Of a stretch of DNA of 64,000 nucleotides, positions 19,983-30,349 are shown in pieces. Location of the stretch: assembly GCA_963932515.1 (NCBI GenBank), contig CAWVRT010000004.1, positions 10,925-74,924 on the forward strand. Reading direction: 5' to 3'. A program made the translations under genes and the position numbers. The notes beneath the pieces were generated by a model. That model ran no database searches. It was given only the letters and a program-made list of their open reading frames with translations, and was not told the DNA's origin. Origin of the DNA: an uncultured Chitinophagales bacterium. GTDB taxonomy: Bacteria; Bacteroidota; Bacteroidia; Chitinophagales; UBA8649. How positions within the stretch are numbered: the first letter of the stretch is position 1; every line of letters starts with the position of its first letter.

Positions 19983-20366
19983 TTACTCTCCAGTAAAAAA
20001 ATCTATTAAATCTGCCATATAAGTTCCTTCCCAACCTTGTTCCATATCGTTAAAATCTTCTGCTGGAATATTCGTATGCAACAATTCTAAAGAAGTTCCT
20101 TTCTTATGTGGATGTAGTTTAAAAGTAACAATAGATTTTTCTTCTTGCTCCCCAAAATACCATTCTTGTACAATTTCTCTATCTTTTACAAAAGAGATAT
20201 TTTTACCACTAATACTACCATCCCACAATTCGAATTCAGTATCTGGCTTTTCTTCCATTATGGCCGTATAACCAGTCCATAGACTTAAAACTACTTCATT
20301 GGTTAATGCTTTGTAAACAATTTCTGGTTGTTCAGGTATGATGTAATATTTCTTAAATTCTTTCAT
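19983..20366 (-). CDS. SRPBCC / AHSA1-like domain protein
   Basis: 127 aa. The pattern PEIVYKALTNEVVLSLWTG...WDGSISGKNI...TFKL...GTSLELLHTNIP is typical of the Aha1/START-like fold. It lies 24 nt downstream of serS on the same strand. Confidence 0.6.
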   Translation of the reverse strand: MKEFKKYYIIPEQPEIVYKALTNEVVLSLWTGYTAIMEEKPDTEFELWDGSISGKNISFVKDREIVQEWYFGEQEEKSIVTFKLHPHKKGTSLELLHTNIPAEDFNDMEQGWEGTYMADLIDFFTGE

Positions 20367-20390
20367 TTAATATTAGATTTTTGGTAAGAA

Positions 20391-21677
20391 TTACAATTCT
20401 GCTTTCAATATTTTATCAGTTCCCATAAAGTCTTGTAGTACTTCTGGTACTTTGATGTATCCGTCTTTTTGATTATTTTCCAATAAAGCAGCCATAATTC
20501 TTGGTAAAGCAATTGCACTACCATTCAATGTATGCGCTAAAGCTTTTTTACCATTTGTATCTTTATATCTTAAATTTAATCGGTTGGCTTGGTAGTTTTC
20601 AAAATTAGAAATAGAACTTACCTCTAACCACATTTTTTGTGCAGCAGAATAAACTTCTATATCGAATGTTAAAGCTGAAGTAAATGTTAAATCGCCACCA
20701 CATAAACGCAACAATCTATAAGGCAATCCTAATTTTTTCACTAAAGATTCTACATAAGTAACCATTTCCTCTAAAGCTTCATAAGATTTTTTTGGATGCT
20801 CAATTCTTACAATTTCTATTTTCTCGAATTGATGCAATCTGTTCAATCCCTTTACGTCTTTTCCATAAGAACCCGCTTCTCGTCTAAAACAAAAAGAGTG
20901 TCCAGTCATTTTTACAGGAAAATCTGCTTCTTTCATCATTACATCTCTGTAAATGTTTGTAATAGGGACTTCTGCCGTTGGAATTAAAAACAAACCATCT
21001 ACTGGCACTTCATACATTTGCCCTTCTTTATCGGGTAATTGGCCTGTTCCTCTTGCAGATTCTTCATTGACCATCATCGGCAAAATCAATTCTTCATAAC
21101 CTGCATTAACAGCACTATTCAAAAAGAAATTAATTAAACTTCTCTGTAATTTTGCTCCTTGACCTTTGTAAACTGGGAAACCTGCTCCAGCTATTTTTAC
21201 GCCTAGTTCAAAATCAAATAAATTATATTTTTTTCCCAATTTCCAATGTGGTTCTGCTCCGTCAAACAATATAGGAATTTCTCCTACTGTTTTTTCTATT
21301 TGGTTTTCTTCGTCAGAATTTCCAGGAGGAACGCTAGGATGTGGAATGTTAGGAATTTCTAATAATTTACTTTCTAACAATGTTTTATTTTTAGCTTGTT
21401 TTTCTTTTAAATTTGTAGCTTTTTCTTTTAAATTTGCCGTTTCTTGCTTTAAAATTGACGCTTCTTCTCTTTTACCTTCTTTAAATAAACTCCCTATTTC
21501 TTTAGCTAAACCATTCGATTTAGACAAAATAGCATCCAACGCTTGTTGAATATTTTTTCTTTCATCATCGGTAGCAATAATACTGTTTAGTTTAGCAGAT
21601 AAGTCTTTTATGTTTCTAACTTTCAATAATTCTATTGCTTTCTCTAGGTTTTCTCTAAGGTAATTTACGCTTAACAT
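20391..21677 (-). CDS. serS: serine--tRNA ligase
   Basis: 428 aa. N-terminal coiled-coil arm, then class II motifs (FCFRREAGSYGKDVKGLNRLHQFEKIE, GSAIALPR). Confidence 0.95.
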   Translation of the reverse strand: MLSVNYLRENLEKAIELLKVRNIKDLSAKLNSIIATDDERKNIQQALDAILSKSNGLAKEIGSLFKEGKREEASILKQETANLKEKATNLKEKQAKNKTLLESKLLEIPNIPHPSVPPGNSDEENQIEKTVGEIPILFDGAEPHWKLGKKYNLFDFELGVKIAGAGFPVYKGQGAKLQRSLINFFLNSAVNAGYEELILPMMVNEESARGTGQLPDKEGQMYEVPVDGLFLIPTAEVPITNIYRDVMMKEADFPVKMTGHSFCFRREAGSYGKDVKGLNRLHQFEKIEIVRIEHPKKSYEALEEMVTYVESLVKKLGLPYRLLRLCGGDLTFTSALTFDIEVYSAAQKMWLEVSSISNFENYQANRLNLRYKDTNGKKALAHTLNGSAIALPRIMAALLENNQKDGYIKVPEVLQDFMGTDKILKAEL

Positions 21678-21694
21678 ATCAATTTCAATTTTTG

Positions 21695-21702
21695 CAAAGA
21701 TA
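21695..21702 (-). promoter_or_regulatory. candidate -7 promoter box for serS
   Basis: The minus strand reads TATCTTTG, 17 nt upstream of the serS ATG (21677). Confidence 0.45.
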
Positions 21703-21867
21703 ACTTAAAAATTATGTCCCGATAGCTATCGGTATATGAATTATTGTTGTCTCCTATTAAATTCCACTTAGTTTTGTTACAAATGGCATCACAATTTGAG
21801 AATACAGAGGTTTTTGGTTTATTTTGTTTTTGCTTTTCATTTAAGAAAAAGCTATCAAAATATTTAG

Positions 21868-21875
21868 TAAATTTG
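21868..21875 (+). promoter_or_regulatory. candidate -7 promoter box for rpoN
   Basis: TAAATTTG lies only 4 nt before ATG 21880 and 13 nt before ATG 21889. The true rpoN start may therefore be 21889. Confidence 0.4.
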
Positions 21876-21879
21876 TGCT

Positions 21880-23334
21880 ATGCAAAGAATGAACTTTTCC
21901 CAAAAACAAATGCAGAAATTGTCTCCTCAGCAAATTCAGTTAATGAAGTTGCTACAGGTTACTACTGCAAATTTGGAGCAACGCATAGAAGAGGAGCTGG
22001 AAATAAATCCAGCTTTAGAACAAGGGGAAGAAGAGGAAGAAAAAGAATTTGACGATATTGATAATAAAGAAACTAAAGAGGAAAGTTCTGAAGATGATGA
22101 ATTTGATGTAGATGATTATTTTACAGATGATGAAATTCCTGACTATAAAACCTACAACAACAATCATAGTGCTGACGAAGAAGATAAAACCATTCCTATT
22201 GAAATGGGTATTTCATTTCATGAAAGTTTAATAAAGCAATTGGGTACAAAAAAGCTATCTAAAATAGATAGTAAAGTAGGTTTACAAATTGTAGGAAGTA
22301 TAGATGATGATGGTTATTTACGTAGAGAAATTGCTAATATAGTCAACGATTTAGCCTTTAGTGCTAACATAATGGTAAATCAAGCAAAAATCATAGAAGT
22401 ATTAGAAATTATTCAAGATTTTGACCCTTCTGGAGTTGGTGCTAGAGACTTAAAAGAGTGTTTATTAATGCAATTAAGAAAAAAAGATAGCAGTCCTCCC
22501 ATACGATATGCGATTAGAATCTTAGCTGAAAATTTTGATTTATTCTCAAAGAAACATTACACAAAACTTAGAAAAACTTACAACTTAGAAGAAGATGAAT
22601 TAAAATCTGTTGTAGATGAAATTCTAAAACTAAACCCGAAACCAGGTGGAGGATATTCTGGGGGAAGAAATGTAAAAGTTCATCAATATATTGTACCCGA
22701 TTTTACGGTAAAAAACACCGATGGCGAACTAGAGTTACTTTTAAATATACGTAATGCACCAGATTTAAAGGTAAGCAGATCATTTAGAGATATGCTAGAA
22801 ACATATAAAGCAACTAAAGAAGCTTCTAAACAACAACAAAAAGATGTTCAGTTTATCAAGCAAAAAATTGATGCGGCTAAATGGTTTATAGATGCTATTA
22901 GACAAAGGCAACAAACTTTAATGTTGGTAATGCGGGCTATTTTAGATAAGCAAAAAGCATTTTTTCTTACGGGAGACGAAACCAAATTACGCCCAATGAT
23001 ATTGAAAGATATTGCTGAAAAAGTAGATTTAGATATTTCTACAGTTTCTCGAGTAGCCAATTCAAAATATGTACAGACAGAATTTGGTATGAAATTATTG
23101 AAATTTTTCTTTTCAGAATCTATGACAAATTCAGATGGAGAGGAAGTTTCTACTAAAGAAATAAAATCTATTTTACAAGATATTATAAATGAAGAAGATA
23201 AAAAGAAACCTTTTTCAGATCAAAAACTGATGGAGATGCTTAAAATAGAAGGTTATCCAATAGCCCGAAGAACCGTTGCTAAATACCGTGAGCAATTAAG
23301 TATTCCTGTTGCACGATTAAGAAAAGAATTATAA
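21880..23334 (+). CDS. rpoN: RNA polymerase sigma-54 factor
   Basis: 484 aa. Gln-rich region I (QKQMQKLSPQQIQLMKLLQ), an acidic region II, and a C-terminal RpoN box (ARRTVAKYREQL). The alternative start is 21889. Confidence 0.9.
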   Translation: MQRMNFSQKQMQKLSPQQIQLMKLLQVTTANLEQRIEEELEINPALEQGEEEEEKEFDDIDNKETKEESSEDDEFDVDDYFTDDEIPDYKTYNNNHSADEEDKTIPIEMGISFHESLIKQLGTKKLSKIDSKVGLQIVGSIDDDGYLRREIANIVNDLAFSANIMVNQAKIIEVLEIIQDFDPSGVGARDLKECLLMQLRKKDSSPPIRYAIRILAENFDLFSKKHYTKLRKTYNLEEDELKSVVDEILKLNPKPGGGYSGGRNVKVHQYIVPDFTVKNTDGELELLLNIRNAPDLKVSRSFRDMLETYKATKEASKQQQKDVQFIKQKIDAAKWFIDAIRQRQQTLMLVMRAILDKQKAFFLTGDETKLRPMILKDIAEKVDLDISTVSRVANSKYVQTEFGMKLLKFFFSESMTNSDGEEVSTKEIKSILQDIINEEDKKKPFSDQKLMEMLKIEGYPIARRTVAKYREQLSIPVARLRKEL

Positions 23335-23356
23335 TAACCCTAAAGCTAATTGCTCA

Positions 23357-23995
23357 ATGAAACTATTTTTTAAAATTATCTCTATTATTTTTCATCCTAT
23401 TTTTATGCCTGTTTATTTGGCATTTTTAATAGTGGCTTATGTCCCTAACAACTTTCCAGAACTTTTTGGTAGAAAGTATAACATGCACATGATGATGATA
23501 GCCATTCTAATGGTTGGCTTTCCTTTGATTTCTTTAGCTATTATGAAAGGTTTGGGTATGCTCAACAATTTTACCATGAAAAACGTAAAAGAACGTTTTA
23601 TTCCAATGATTGCAATTGCTACTTATTATTTATGGACGTTTATGATGTTTAAGCCTGATAGTAAAACGGCTTTTGCTACAGATCCTGTTCTTTCAAATAT
23701 GATATTGGGATGTGTCGTGAGTATTTTTCTAGCTTTTTTCTTCAATTCTTTTTACAAAATTAGTTTACATGCTATTGCCGCAGGAGGCATGCTTAGTGTA
23801 ATTATGAATATTATGCCCATCGCAAGCTATGATATGAAGTTTATGCTACTTGGTGGAATTGTATTGGTTGGATTAATTACAAGCGCTAGACTCTATTTAA
23901 AAGAACATACAAACAAAGAAGTTTATATGGGGTTTTTTGCTGGGTACTTTGCGCAATTCTTTGCGTATCAAATCTGGGGAAACTTAATTTATTAG
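23357..23995 (+). CDS. PAP2-like membrane protein (tentative)
   Basis: 212 aa with about 6 TM helices. ISLHAIAAGG and SARLYLKEHTNKEVYMG resemble PAP2 motifs 2 and 3 (SGH; SRxxxxxHxxxD). Motif 1 is not obvious. Confidence 0.4.
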   Translation: MKLFFKIISIIFHPIFMPVYLAFLIVAYVPNNFPELFGRKYNMHMMMIAILMVGFPLISLAIMKGLGMLNNFTMKNVKERFIPMIAIATYYLWTFMMFKPDSKTAFATDPVLSNMILGCVVSIFLAFFFNSFYKISLHAIAAGGMLSVIMNIMPIASYDMKFMLLGGIVLVGLITSARLYLKEHTNKEVYMGFFAGYFAQFFAYQIWGNLIY

Positions 23996-24003
23996 ACGAT
24001 CAA

Positions 24004-24960
24004 CTAGTCTAAATAATTCTTTGGTAATTTCAAAGTAATTACTTCACCTTCTTTTATCGTTAAAGACTTTGCTCTTAGCCAAGGATTTGCTACTTTCAAC
24101 ATTTTATAAGTTGTATTATGAGATTTAGCAAATTGTGCTAAATCTTCAATTGTGCTCCCCATATCAATATTTTCATACTCTAAAGGTTCGTACAAATCTT
24201 GCTCTTCTATATTTAAACCAAATTTCTTAGTGTTTTCAAATACTATTTTGTAAGCTAAAATTCTATACATGTATCTAGCTGTTTCTGTATTCAAATACAA
24301 ATCATAATAATTGTCTACTAATTGTTCATTTAATCGTTTTTGTAAGCTTGGCATTCCCATATTGTAAGAAGCTGCTGCTAAAGCCCAAGAACCAAATTTT
24401 TTATTAGCTTCATTTAAATAATCACAAGCAACTTTTGTTGCTTTTTCTAAATGATACCTTTCATCAATTTCATCATTAACACTTAAACCATAAGATTTGC
24501 CAGTAGCTTTCATTATTTGCCACATACCACAAGCTCCTGCCGGAGATCTCACATTTCTTAATCCACTTTCAGCTACCGCTAAATATCTAAAATCTAAAGG
24601 AATTCCTTCTTCAACTAATATCTTATCTATTATCTCAAAGTATTTATTTGCCAATTTATAGTTCAACATTGTATTAGAATGCCAAAATGTATTTACCATC
24701 AATTCTTTATCGAATCGTTCTCTAACATCCAAATCGTTTAATGGAACTTTTTCACCAGCAAAAAAGACATCATCAGAAATTCTAACAGGATGAACTCTTT
24801 GTGGAGGTAACGCCTCTACTTTTTCAGTTGGTTTTACTGGAAGAATACTTGCATACGCCAAATTAGAATCTGTATTTCGCGTATCACTTGGTTGATAATA
24901 TAAATACGCAGAAGCTGCTGAAACAGCAATAATTCCAAAAATTATTTTAATATTTTTCAT
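24004..24960 (-). CDS. lytic transglycosylase (SLT domain) with C-terminal LysM-like domain
   Basis: 318 aa. It has the catalytic block AVAESGLRNVRSPAGACGMWQIM and AAASYNMG. The C-terminal TIEDLAQFAKSHNTTYKMLKVANPWL is LysM-like. Confidence 0.8.
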   Translation of the reverse strand: MKNIKIIFGIIAVSAASAYLYYQPSDTRNTDSNLAYASILPVKPTEKVEALPPQRVHPVRISDDVFFAGEKVPLNDLDVRERFDKELMVNTFWHSNTMLNYKLANKYFEIIDKILVEEGIPLDFRYLAVAESGLRNVRSPAGACGMWQIMKATGKSYGLSVNDEIDERYHLEKATKVACDYLNEANKKFGSWALAAASYNMGMPSLQKRLNEQLVDNYYDLYLNTETARYMYRILAYKIVFENTKKFGLNIEEQDLYEPLEYENIDMGSTIEDLAQFAKSHNTTYKMLKVANPWLRAKSLTIKEGEVITLKLPKNYLD

Positions 24961-24962
24961 CT

Positions 24963-25466
24963 TTACTTTTTAAATACTGGCAACATAGAACATGCTTCAC
25001 CAAACATAATTGTTTTAACGACATCCTGTAATTTACATACCAAAGAAGTATAAACTAAAGGAGATAAGGTTTTTTCAGTACATCCTTTTACAATAACTCT
25101 TTGATTTTCGTAAACTGATAAATCTAATGCATCTATCGCCTTTAAAACGAATTGCTCTTCTACGTCATTACTAGAATTAGTAAAAATAACTAATTTAGCT
25201 ATTGGGTTGATGTACGTTGTCAACAGCATATATGCCCATAAAGGAACAATTGCTGCATTACTACAATGAATATAAACGTACTTATCTTTCAAAGCAGAAA
25301 AATCATATTCTTTCAAACTTTGCCTAAAGTCTTTCTCTTTTAACAATAGTTCTTTAAATAAAAAGCCTTTAATATCAAAAGCTGCAGTATCTGCAGCTTT
25401 TGGAATATATGACTCTAGGTCTATTTTTACAATTGCCTTTAGCGCAACTTTATTTACAACTGGCAT
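24963..25466 (-). CDS. DUF2480-like protein
   Basis: 167 aa soluble protein. It resembles the conserved Bacteroidota DUF2480 family, and its stop is 2 nt from the SLT gene start. The call is from memory of the family only. Confidence 0.45.
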   Translation of the reverse strand: MPVVNKVALKAIVKIDLESYIPKAADTAAFDIKGFLFKELLLKEKDFRQSLKEYDFSALKDKYVYIHCSNAAIVPLWAYMLLTTYINPIAKLVIFTNSSNDVEEQFVLKAIDALDLSVYENQRVIVKGCTEKTLSPLVYTSLVCKLQDVVKTIMFGEACSMLPVFKK

Positions 25467-25486
25467 TTTTTTAAAATTAACTTATT

Positions 25487-27601
25487 TTAGAAAAAATTAA
25501 ATCTATTATCTACAACATCCGCTTCCTTTCTTAAAGCATCACTCATTCTTGAAGAAACACTTGTTTTTAACTGTGTTTTTAAAGTTGATTTTAAAGTTGC
25601 TACAGAATTTTCATCTTCAGGAGCAGCGACTTTAGACGTAACAGAAATAACAAATACACCATCACTACCTTCGATAGCTTTAGAAACAGTATTTTCTGCT
25701 AAACCAAAAGATTCTCCAATAACTTTGTTTTCTTGAAAACCGCCAACATTTGCATTTATAAAAGATGCTGATTGAGATGTTTGAACAACTACATTATTTG
25801 CAGCAGCAATTACATTCAAATCAGATCCAAGCATTTTAGCTTTTAATATTTCAGCTTTTTTACTTTTAGCGGCTGCTACTTCTATTTGTAACCTATTGTT
25901 ATCGTTAACTTGCATTAAACCTTTCTCATTATTGTTTGCAGCTAATACTACGTGATAAGCTTCGCCAATAGAAAACGGTGAAGAAACTTCTCCTTTCTTT
26001 GCATTAAACGCCCATTTAATTATTTGCCTAGCATTTCCATTTATCTTTTGAATTAAATTGGCATCTTTCGCAACACCAAAAGCATTGTTAATAATAGTAG
26101 TCTCTTCTGCTGCCTCAAATTTTTCTTGTGTATTGTTATTTCCAGAAAAAATACTTGCTGCTGCATAAATTTTTTCTTGCGTTTTAGTACTAGGTAAAAT
26201 ATCTTTTTTCAACGTAGCCACTTTTACAGCTAATTTTGTAGGGTTCGCCCTGTAAACTTCTACTATATGTAATCCAAATTCTGTGTTTACCTTTTTGATA
26301 TCTCCTTCTTTCATATTGAAGAAAATTAAATCATTAAAAGGTTTAACCATTTGGTTTGGTTTAACCCAGTTTAATTCCCCACCAGTATTAGCATTTGAAT
26401 TGTCGTCAGAAAACTGTGCAGTTAAAGAACTTAAAGTATAGCCTTCAGAATCTATTAAATTAAAAAGACTATCATACAGAGCATACTTAGAAGATGCATC
26501 TTCTTGAGTAGTTACTCCTTCTAAAGAAATTAATAAATGCCTAGCTTTTAATGAATCTGGAATCATTTTTTTATCTAACAACTTAGTTGCTACAAAAGAA
26601 TTTGCAGCTTGATCAGGACCAAAAATAGCACCTAACTCAGATTTAAAAATAGCCTCAGTATATTGACTACTTAATTCATTGGCACCATAATAAGCTTCAT
26701 CATAAGGAACATCTGAATATAAGCTGATAAATAAAGAATCACTTTTTACCGTTGGCCACTCACCTACTTTTTTAGCAATCCATTTAGAAGCATCCATTTT
26801 ATCATTTTCAGAAGCTATAATTGGAAAACTAGCAAATTTGATATCTGCCGTTTCTTCTTGTTGATATTCTTTAGCATGTTTACTAACGAAATTCTTTAAA
26901 TCTGCATCAGTAAGGTTTAAGCTAGAATCTGCAATTGCACTATAAGGAACTTTCACATATTGAAAGTTTACTTGCGCTTTTTGTGCAGTAAATTGATCTT
27001 TAGCCATAAAGCTTGGTACTGTTGTACTTCCCTCTACTAAAGAGTTGTATTTAGTAGTTAACCTTTCTTTTATAATAGCATTTTCAAAATTCTTCCAAGC
27101 TTTTCTTTTGGTCCCTGGCTCATCTGAAGGGTTATTCTCTAAATCTAAAGAATTAATATAGTTCGTGAAAGCATTTCTATCGAAATTACCTGTAGCATCT
27201 TTAAAAGAATTTTTAATTCCTGCATGTATGTTTTTTCCACCTAACATATCCAAAAACTCTTCATCACTTACTGCAATACCAGTTTCAGTATAAATTTTGT
27301 TTAATAGCTTCTCATTTACCATTTGGTCATAAGTACTATTTCTAATACCATTCATGTCAGCATCTGAAAGTATTTGCTGTTTAGTTTGTGTTCTATAGTT
27401 AGCTACATTATTGTTTAAGTTATCATTAAACACTTGATTACTAACTGCTTCTCCATTTACTATTGCCAAATCATCGCTTTGTTGAAAACTTCCTTGACCC
27501 CCATCTCCTTCAGTGCCCATTAATAGAAACGCGATTAACGAAATTACCATTATGCCTATAAGTAACCATGATCTTTCTCTTATTGAATTTATTGCTGCCA
27601 T
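25487..27601 (-). CDS. PpiD/SurA-like periplasmic chaperone, peptidylprolyl isomerase
   Basis: 704 aa. N-terminal membrane anchor (SWLLIGIMVISLIAFLLM), a SurA-N-like region and a parvulin-like core (ARHLLISLEG...GGELNWV...FGLHIVEV). Confidence 0.8.
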   Translation of the reverse strand: MAAINSIRERSWLLIGIMVISLIAFLLMGTEGDGGQGSFQQSDDLAIVNGEAVSNQVFNDNLNNNVANYRTQTKQQILSDADMNGIRNSTYDQMVNEKLLNKIYTETGIAVSDEEFLDMLGGKNIHAGIKNSFKDATGNFDRNAFTNYINSLDLENNPSDEPGTKRKAWKNFENAIIKERLTTKYNSLVEGSTTVPSFMAKDQFTAQKAQVNFQYVKVPYSAIADSSLNLTDADLKNFVSKHAKEYQQEETADIKFASFPIIASENDKMDASKWIAKKVGEWPTVKSDSLFISLYSDVPYDEAYYGANELSSQYTEAIFKSELGAIFGPDQAANSFVATKLLDKKMIPDSLKARHLLISLEGVTTQEDASSKYALYDSLFNLIDSEGYTLSSLTAQFSDDNSNANTGGELNWVKPNQMVKPFNDLIFFNMKEGDIKKVNTEFGLHIVEVYRANPTKLAVKVATLKKDILPSTKTQEKIYAAASIFSGNNNTQEKFEAAEETTIINNAFGVAKDANLIQKINGNARQIIKWAFNAKKGEVSSPFSIGEAYHVVLAANNNEKGLMQVNDNNRLQIEVAAAKSKKAEILKAKMLGSDLNVIAAANNVVVQTSQSASFINANVGGFQENKVIGESFGLAENTVSKAIEGSDGVFVISVTSKVAAPEDENSVATLKSTLKTQLKTSVSSRMSDALRKEADVVDNRFNFF

Positions 27602-27642
27602 TTATTTAAATTTTTTATCTTAATTTTTTTACAAAATTTTCA

Positions 27643-27650
27643 CAAATATA
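27643..27650 (-). promoter_or_regulatory. candidate -7 promoter box for the ppiD-like operon
   Basis: The minus strand reads TATATTTG, 41 nt upstream of ATG 27601. Confidence 0.35.
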
Positions 27651-27833
27651 CTGATTTCATTTAGTTTTTGACTTTTTTGGGTATAAAAAATTTAGAATTG
27701 AATTTTATCGTTTTAAGAAAGAAAAATACCCCTCTAAAAACCAGCTAATCCGATCATTTAAAGGATTCTTTTTATAGATTTTGAAAGGATTCAATAATCA
27801 ACAAGTATTTTTTGTAATTTTACACTACCAAAC

Positions 27834-29762
27834 ATGATAAAAGCAGATACTATAGCAAAAATTAAAGATGAGGCAGATGTTGTTGAAGTCTTAGGCGATT
27901 TTATTTCTATGAAAAAGGCTGGCTCTAATTACAAAGCCAATTGTCCTTTTCACAATGAAAAAACACCCTCTTTTGTAATCTCTCCAGCTAAGGGAATTTA
28001 CAAATGTTTTGGTTGTGGTAAAGCAGGAAATAGTCTGAGTTTCGTTATGGAACATGAAAACTTAAACTATGTTGAAGCTTTAAAATATTTAGCCAAGAAA
28101 TACAATATTGAAATTGAAGAAGAAATTCAAACTGATTTCCAAAAACAACTGCAATCTGAAAAAGACAGTCTTTTTATTGTCAATGAATTTGCAAAAGATA
28201 CTTATCTAAAAAATCTTTTAGACACAGATGAAGGAAAAAGTATTGGTTTAAGCTATTTTAAAGAAAGAGGATTTAATGAAGCCATTATTGAAAAATTTCA
28301 ATTAGGCTATTCTTTAGAAAAAGGTTCTGCCTTTACAACTTTAGCTTTAAACAAAGGCTACAACTTAGACAATTTAAAAAAAGCTGGCTTAACTTCTAGA
28401 AAAGAAAATAGCAAATATGATTTTTTTAGAGGAAGGGTTATGTTTCCCATTCATTCTATCTCAGGAAAAGTATTAGGCTTTGGAGGTAGAATATTAAAAG
28501 ATGACAAAAAACAAGCTAAATACGTAAACACTTCTGACTCTGATATTTACAACAAGAGTAAAGTTTTATACGGCATGCATTTCTCTAGAAATGAAATTCG
28601 TAAAAAAGAAGAAGTATTTTTAGTAGAAGGATATACCGATGTTATTTCCTTATTTCAATCAGGTATTAAAAATGTTGTCGCTTCTTCTGGTACTTCTTTA
28701 ACAATAGATCAAGTAAAATTGATTAGAAGGTATACCGAAAATATTGTTTTACTTTTTGATGGTGATACTGCCGGAATTAAAGCCGCATTGAGGGGGGTAA
28801 ATATTATTTTAGAAAATGGATTAAACGTAAAAGTTGTTTTACTACCAGAAAATCAAGATCCAGATTCTTATGTTCGAGAAGTTGGTGCAACAGCTTTTGA
28901 AGAATTTGTAAAAACCAATAAGAAAGATTTTATTCTTTTTAAGTTGAATCTTTTATTGAAAGATGCGCAAGACGACCCTATTAAAAAAGCAAATTTAATT
29001 CAAGATATTGTACAATCAATTTCTATTATTCCAGATGCGATTATCCGTTCAGTATATATTAAAGAATGTAGTACACTGCTGGGTGTTTCTGAATTGATTT
29101 TAGCAAGCGAGCTGAATAAAAAAAGAAAAAAAGGTAAACTAGACAAGCAGAAAGAACAGCAAAGAGAAAATAGAAAAGAAGAAAGATCTCCAGAAGGACA
29201 AAAATTGGTTCTTTCAGAAGAAATTGTAGAAGCAGGAATAAATATTGAACATTTTGAAAGAAATGTAATTAGAGTAATTATTGAGCATGGTTTTAGAAAA
29301 TATGACGAAAAAATATTAGCAATAGATTATATAACAGAAAAGCTAACAGGTTTTGAGTTCACAAATAAACTATACCAAAAAGCCTTTATAAAAGCAAATA
29401 GTCTTAAAGAATCTAATACAGCTTTAACAGAAAACTTTTTTGCCAATATAGAAGATGAAACTATTTCAAACTTGGCTATTACCTTAATGACTTCTCCTTA
29501 TGAAGAAAGTGAAAATTGGTACAAAAAATTTAAAATTCCAATTTCAAATATTGAGTTGACTTTTAAAAACGACATAGATACAGAATTGTATTATTTAAAT
29601 TTTTGGAAAATAAAAGAAGCTGAACTTCAAATAATGGAAAAGTTGAAAGACAAAACCATCACAGAAGAAAACTTAATGAACCTACTCAAAATAAAACAGA
29701 AGCTTAACGAGAAAAAAGTTGCCCTAGCTAAAGAAAAAGGAATGACAATTACTAATAGTTAA
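27834..29762 (+). CDS. dnaG: DNA primase
   Basis: 642 aa. Zinc ribbon CPFHNEKTPSFVISPAKGIYKCFGCG, a TOPRIM block (EGYTDVISL...DGDTAG) and a divergent C-terminal domain. Confidence 0.95.
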   Translation: MIKADTIAKIKDEADVVEVLGDFISMKKAGSNYKANCPFHNEKTPSFVISPAKGIYKCFGCGKAGNSLSFVMEHENLNYVEALKYLAKKYNIEIEEEIQTDFQKQLQSEKDSLFIVNEFAKDTYLKNLLDTDEGKSIGLSYFKERGFNEAIIEKFQLGYSLEKGSAFTTLALNKGYNLDNLKKAGLTSRKENSKYDFFRGRVMFPIHSISGKVLGFGGRILKDDKKQAKYVNTSDSDIYNKSKVLYGMHFSRNEIRKKEEVFLVEGYTDVISLFQSGIKNVVASSGTSLTIDQVKLIRRYTENIVLLFDGDTAGIKAALRGVNIILENGLNVKVVLLPENQDPDSYVREVGATAFEEFVKTNKKDFILFKLNLLLKDAQDDPIKKANLIQDIVQSISIIPDAIIRSVYIKECSTLLGVSELILASELNKKRKKGKLDKQKEQQRENRKEERSPEGQKLVLSEEIVEAGINIEHFERNVIRVIIEHGFRKYDEKILAIDYITEKLTGFEFTNKLYQKAFIKANSLKESNTALTENFFANIEDETISNLAITLMTSPYEESENWYKKFKIPISNIELTFKNDIDTELYYLNFWKIKEAELQIMEKLKDKTITEENLMNLLKIKQKLNEKKVALAKEKGMTITNS

Positions 29763-29803
29763 TTGTATTTCCTAATTAGTCATCTATACTTTTTATATAT
29801 GTT

Positions 29804-30349
29804 TCAAAGAGGTGCAAAAATATTATACAAATAAGCTATCAAGATAATTGTTACTATAACAATCTTACCAAAAGCTCCCAGCAGGAATCCTAAGAAACTT
29901 CCAGCAGCAGAATTTAAAGCCATTTTATGACTATTCCCTGCATATTTTTCACCCAGATAAGCACCAGCGAATGGACCGATCAACAATAAAATAATTCCAA
30001 AACCTGAGGTCATAAAAGTTAATATTGCACCAAGAATCAAACCAATGGTACTTCCTCTAATCCCCGATTTTGAACCACCAAACTTTTTAGTTCCTAAAAC
30101 AGGTAAAAAATAATCTAAAACAGCTAAACTCAATGCTAAAATAGTTAATGTAAACAAAACAATTGTAGAGAAAGGATTTACCGTAAAATGTACTAAATAA
30201 ATCGCTATCAAAGCAATTGGCGGCCCAGGAAGTGAAGGCATTACGCTACCAATATAGCCGACACCAATAAATAGTATTCCTATAAAATATAGACCGTATT
30301 CTCCGCTATGATTTAAGATTTCTTGCATTATTAAGCTAAAGGTACTCAT
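29804..30349 (-). CDS. DUF456-like membrane protein
   Basis: 181 aa with 4-5 TM helices and a Gly-rich sequence (GSVMPSLPGPPIAL...GPFAGAYLGE). Confidence 0.55.
   Translation of the reverse strand: MSTFSLIMQEILNHSGEYGLYFIGILFIGVGYIGSVMPSLPGPPIALIAIYLVHFTVNPFSTIVLFTLTILALSLAVLDYFLPVLGTKKFGGSKSGIRGSTIGLILGAILTFMTSGFGIILLLIGPFAGAYLGEKYAGNSHKMALNSAAGSFLGFLLGAFGKIVIVTIILIAYLYNIFAPL

Noticed and set aside
21400-21436. 21-nt-period direct repeat (ttttcttttaaatttg, two copies) inside serS.
   Set aside because: It encodes a heptad duplication (TNLKEK / ANLKEK) in the coiled-coil tRNA-binding arm. It is an in-frame coding feature, not a mobile or regulatory repeat.
21744-22052. 102-aa plus-strand ORF overlapping the rpoN 5' end in another frame.
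   Set aside because: It overlaps the sigma-54 region I coding frame, which is unmistakable. The Arg/Gly-rich tail is an out-of-frame reading of the acidic region.
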